A stretch of 37,623 bases of DNA. It comes from a virus. Its lineage: Duplodnaviria > Heunggongvirae > Uroviricota > Caudoviricetes. The stretch is from the IMG/VR virus record IMGVR_UViG_2645727529_000001, positions 1 through 37,623 of that record. One strand, given 5' to 3'. Below the pieces are notes generated by a model. That model made no database searches. It had not been told where the DNA came from and worked only from the letters and a program-made list of their open reading frames with translations. The translations under genes were made by a program, and so were the position numbers. Numbering within the stretch: position 1 is the first letter of the stretch; every line of letters begins with the position of its first letter. Positions 37,366 through 37,623 of this stretch are shown here, piece after piece.

Positions 37366-37623
37366 TCAGGCGTCCAGATTTTCTTTCACCCATGCAGCAA
37401 AATCGGTATAGCCGCCGATATGTTGCTGATCGACAAAAATCTGCGGCACGGTTTCTACGGGTTTACCTGCCTTTTGTTGTAGATCTTCTTTAGTGATCCC
37501 TTCCGCACGAATATCTACATACTGATACTGAAAATCATCGCGTTCATTGCTCAATTTCTCAGCCAGATCTTTTGCACGCACACAGTAAGGGCAACCCGAA
37601 CGACCAAAAATAACGGTTTGCAT
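37366..37623 (-). CDS. grxA: Glutaredoxin 1
   Basis: 85 aa with CPYC active site; recognised as E. coli GrxA. Confidence 0.9.
   Translation of the reverse strand: MQTVIFGRSGCPYCVRAKDLAEKLSNERDDFQYQYVDIRAEGITKEDLQQKAGKPVETVPQIFVDQQHIGGYTDFAAWVKENLDA

Noticed and set aside
1-37623. CRISPR arrays, rRNA, IS elements
   Set aside because: No regularly spaced direct repeats, no rRNA-like conserved stretches, and no transposase ORFs or terminal inverted repeats apart from the hix-like sites of the invertible segment.

Overview
Almost the whole window is one P2/186-like (peduovirus-type) prophage of about 34.8 kb, running from the integrase stop at position 1 to a 22-bp att core repeat at 34769-34790. 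It is followed by host E. coli genes ybjL, ybjM and grxA. Gene order follows phage 186/P2: int, CI repressor, apl/cII early operon, TraR-like, Dam, replicase A, a LexA-controlled tum/dinI-like module, cargo, cos-like site, cargo, Q and P (minus strand), O N M L X Y K lysB lysC R S, cargo, V W J I H G, an invertible tail-fibre segment with a Hin-family invertase, FI FII E/E' T U D, ogr. Three AT-rich single-gene insertions interrupt the GC-rich backbone: a KAP-family P-loop NTPase (8128-10020) where P2 carries tin/old; an unrecognised 223-aa protein (10545-11216) between the cos-like site and the portal gene; and a roughly 583-aa protein with a C-terminal HEPN-like Rx4H motif (19681-21432, minus strand) between S and V. 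These are the best candidates for an accessory, possibly anti-phage, function, but none can be assigned to a named system from sequence alone. Other supported signals are a perfect LexA box, three Ogr-type late-promoter dyads, the E/E' -1 frameshift site and hix-like inversion sites. No rRNA, tRNA or CRISPR array was found. All homology statements are from reading the translations by eye; no database search was run.
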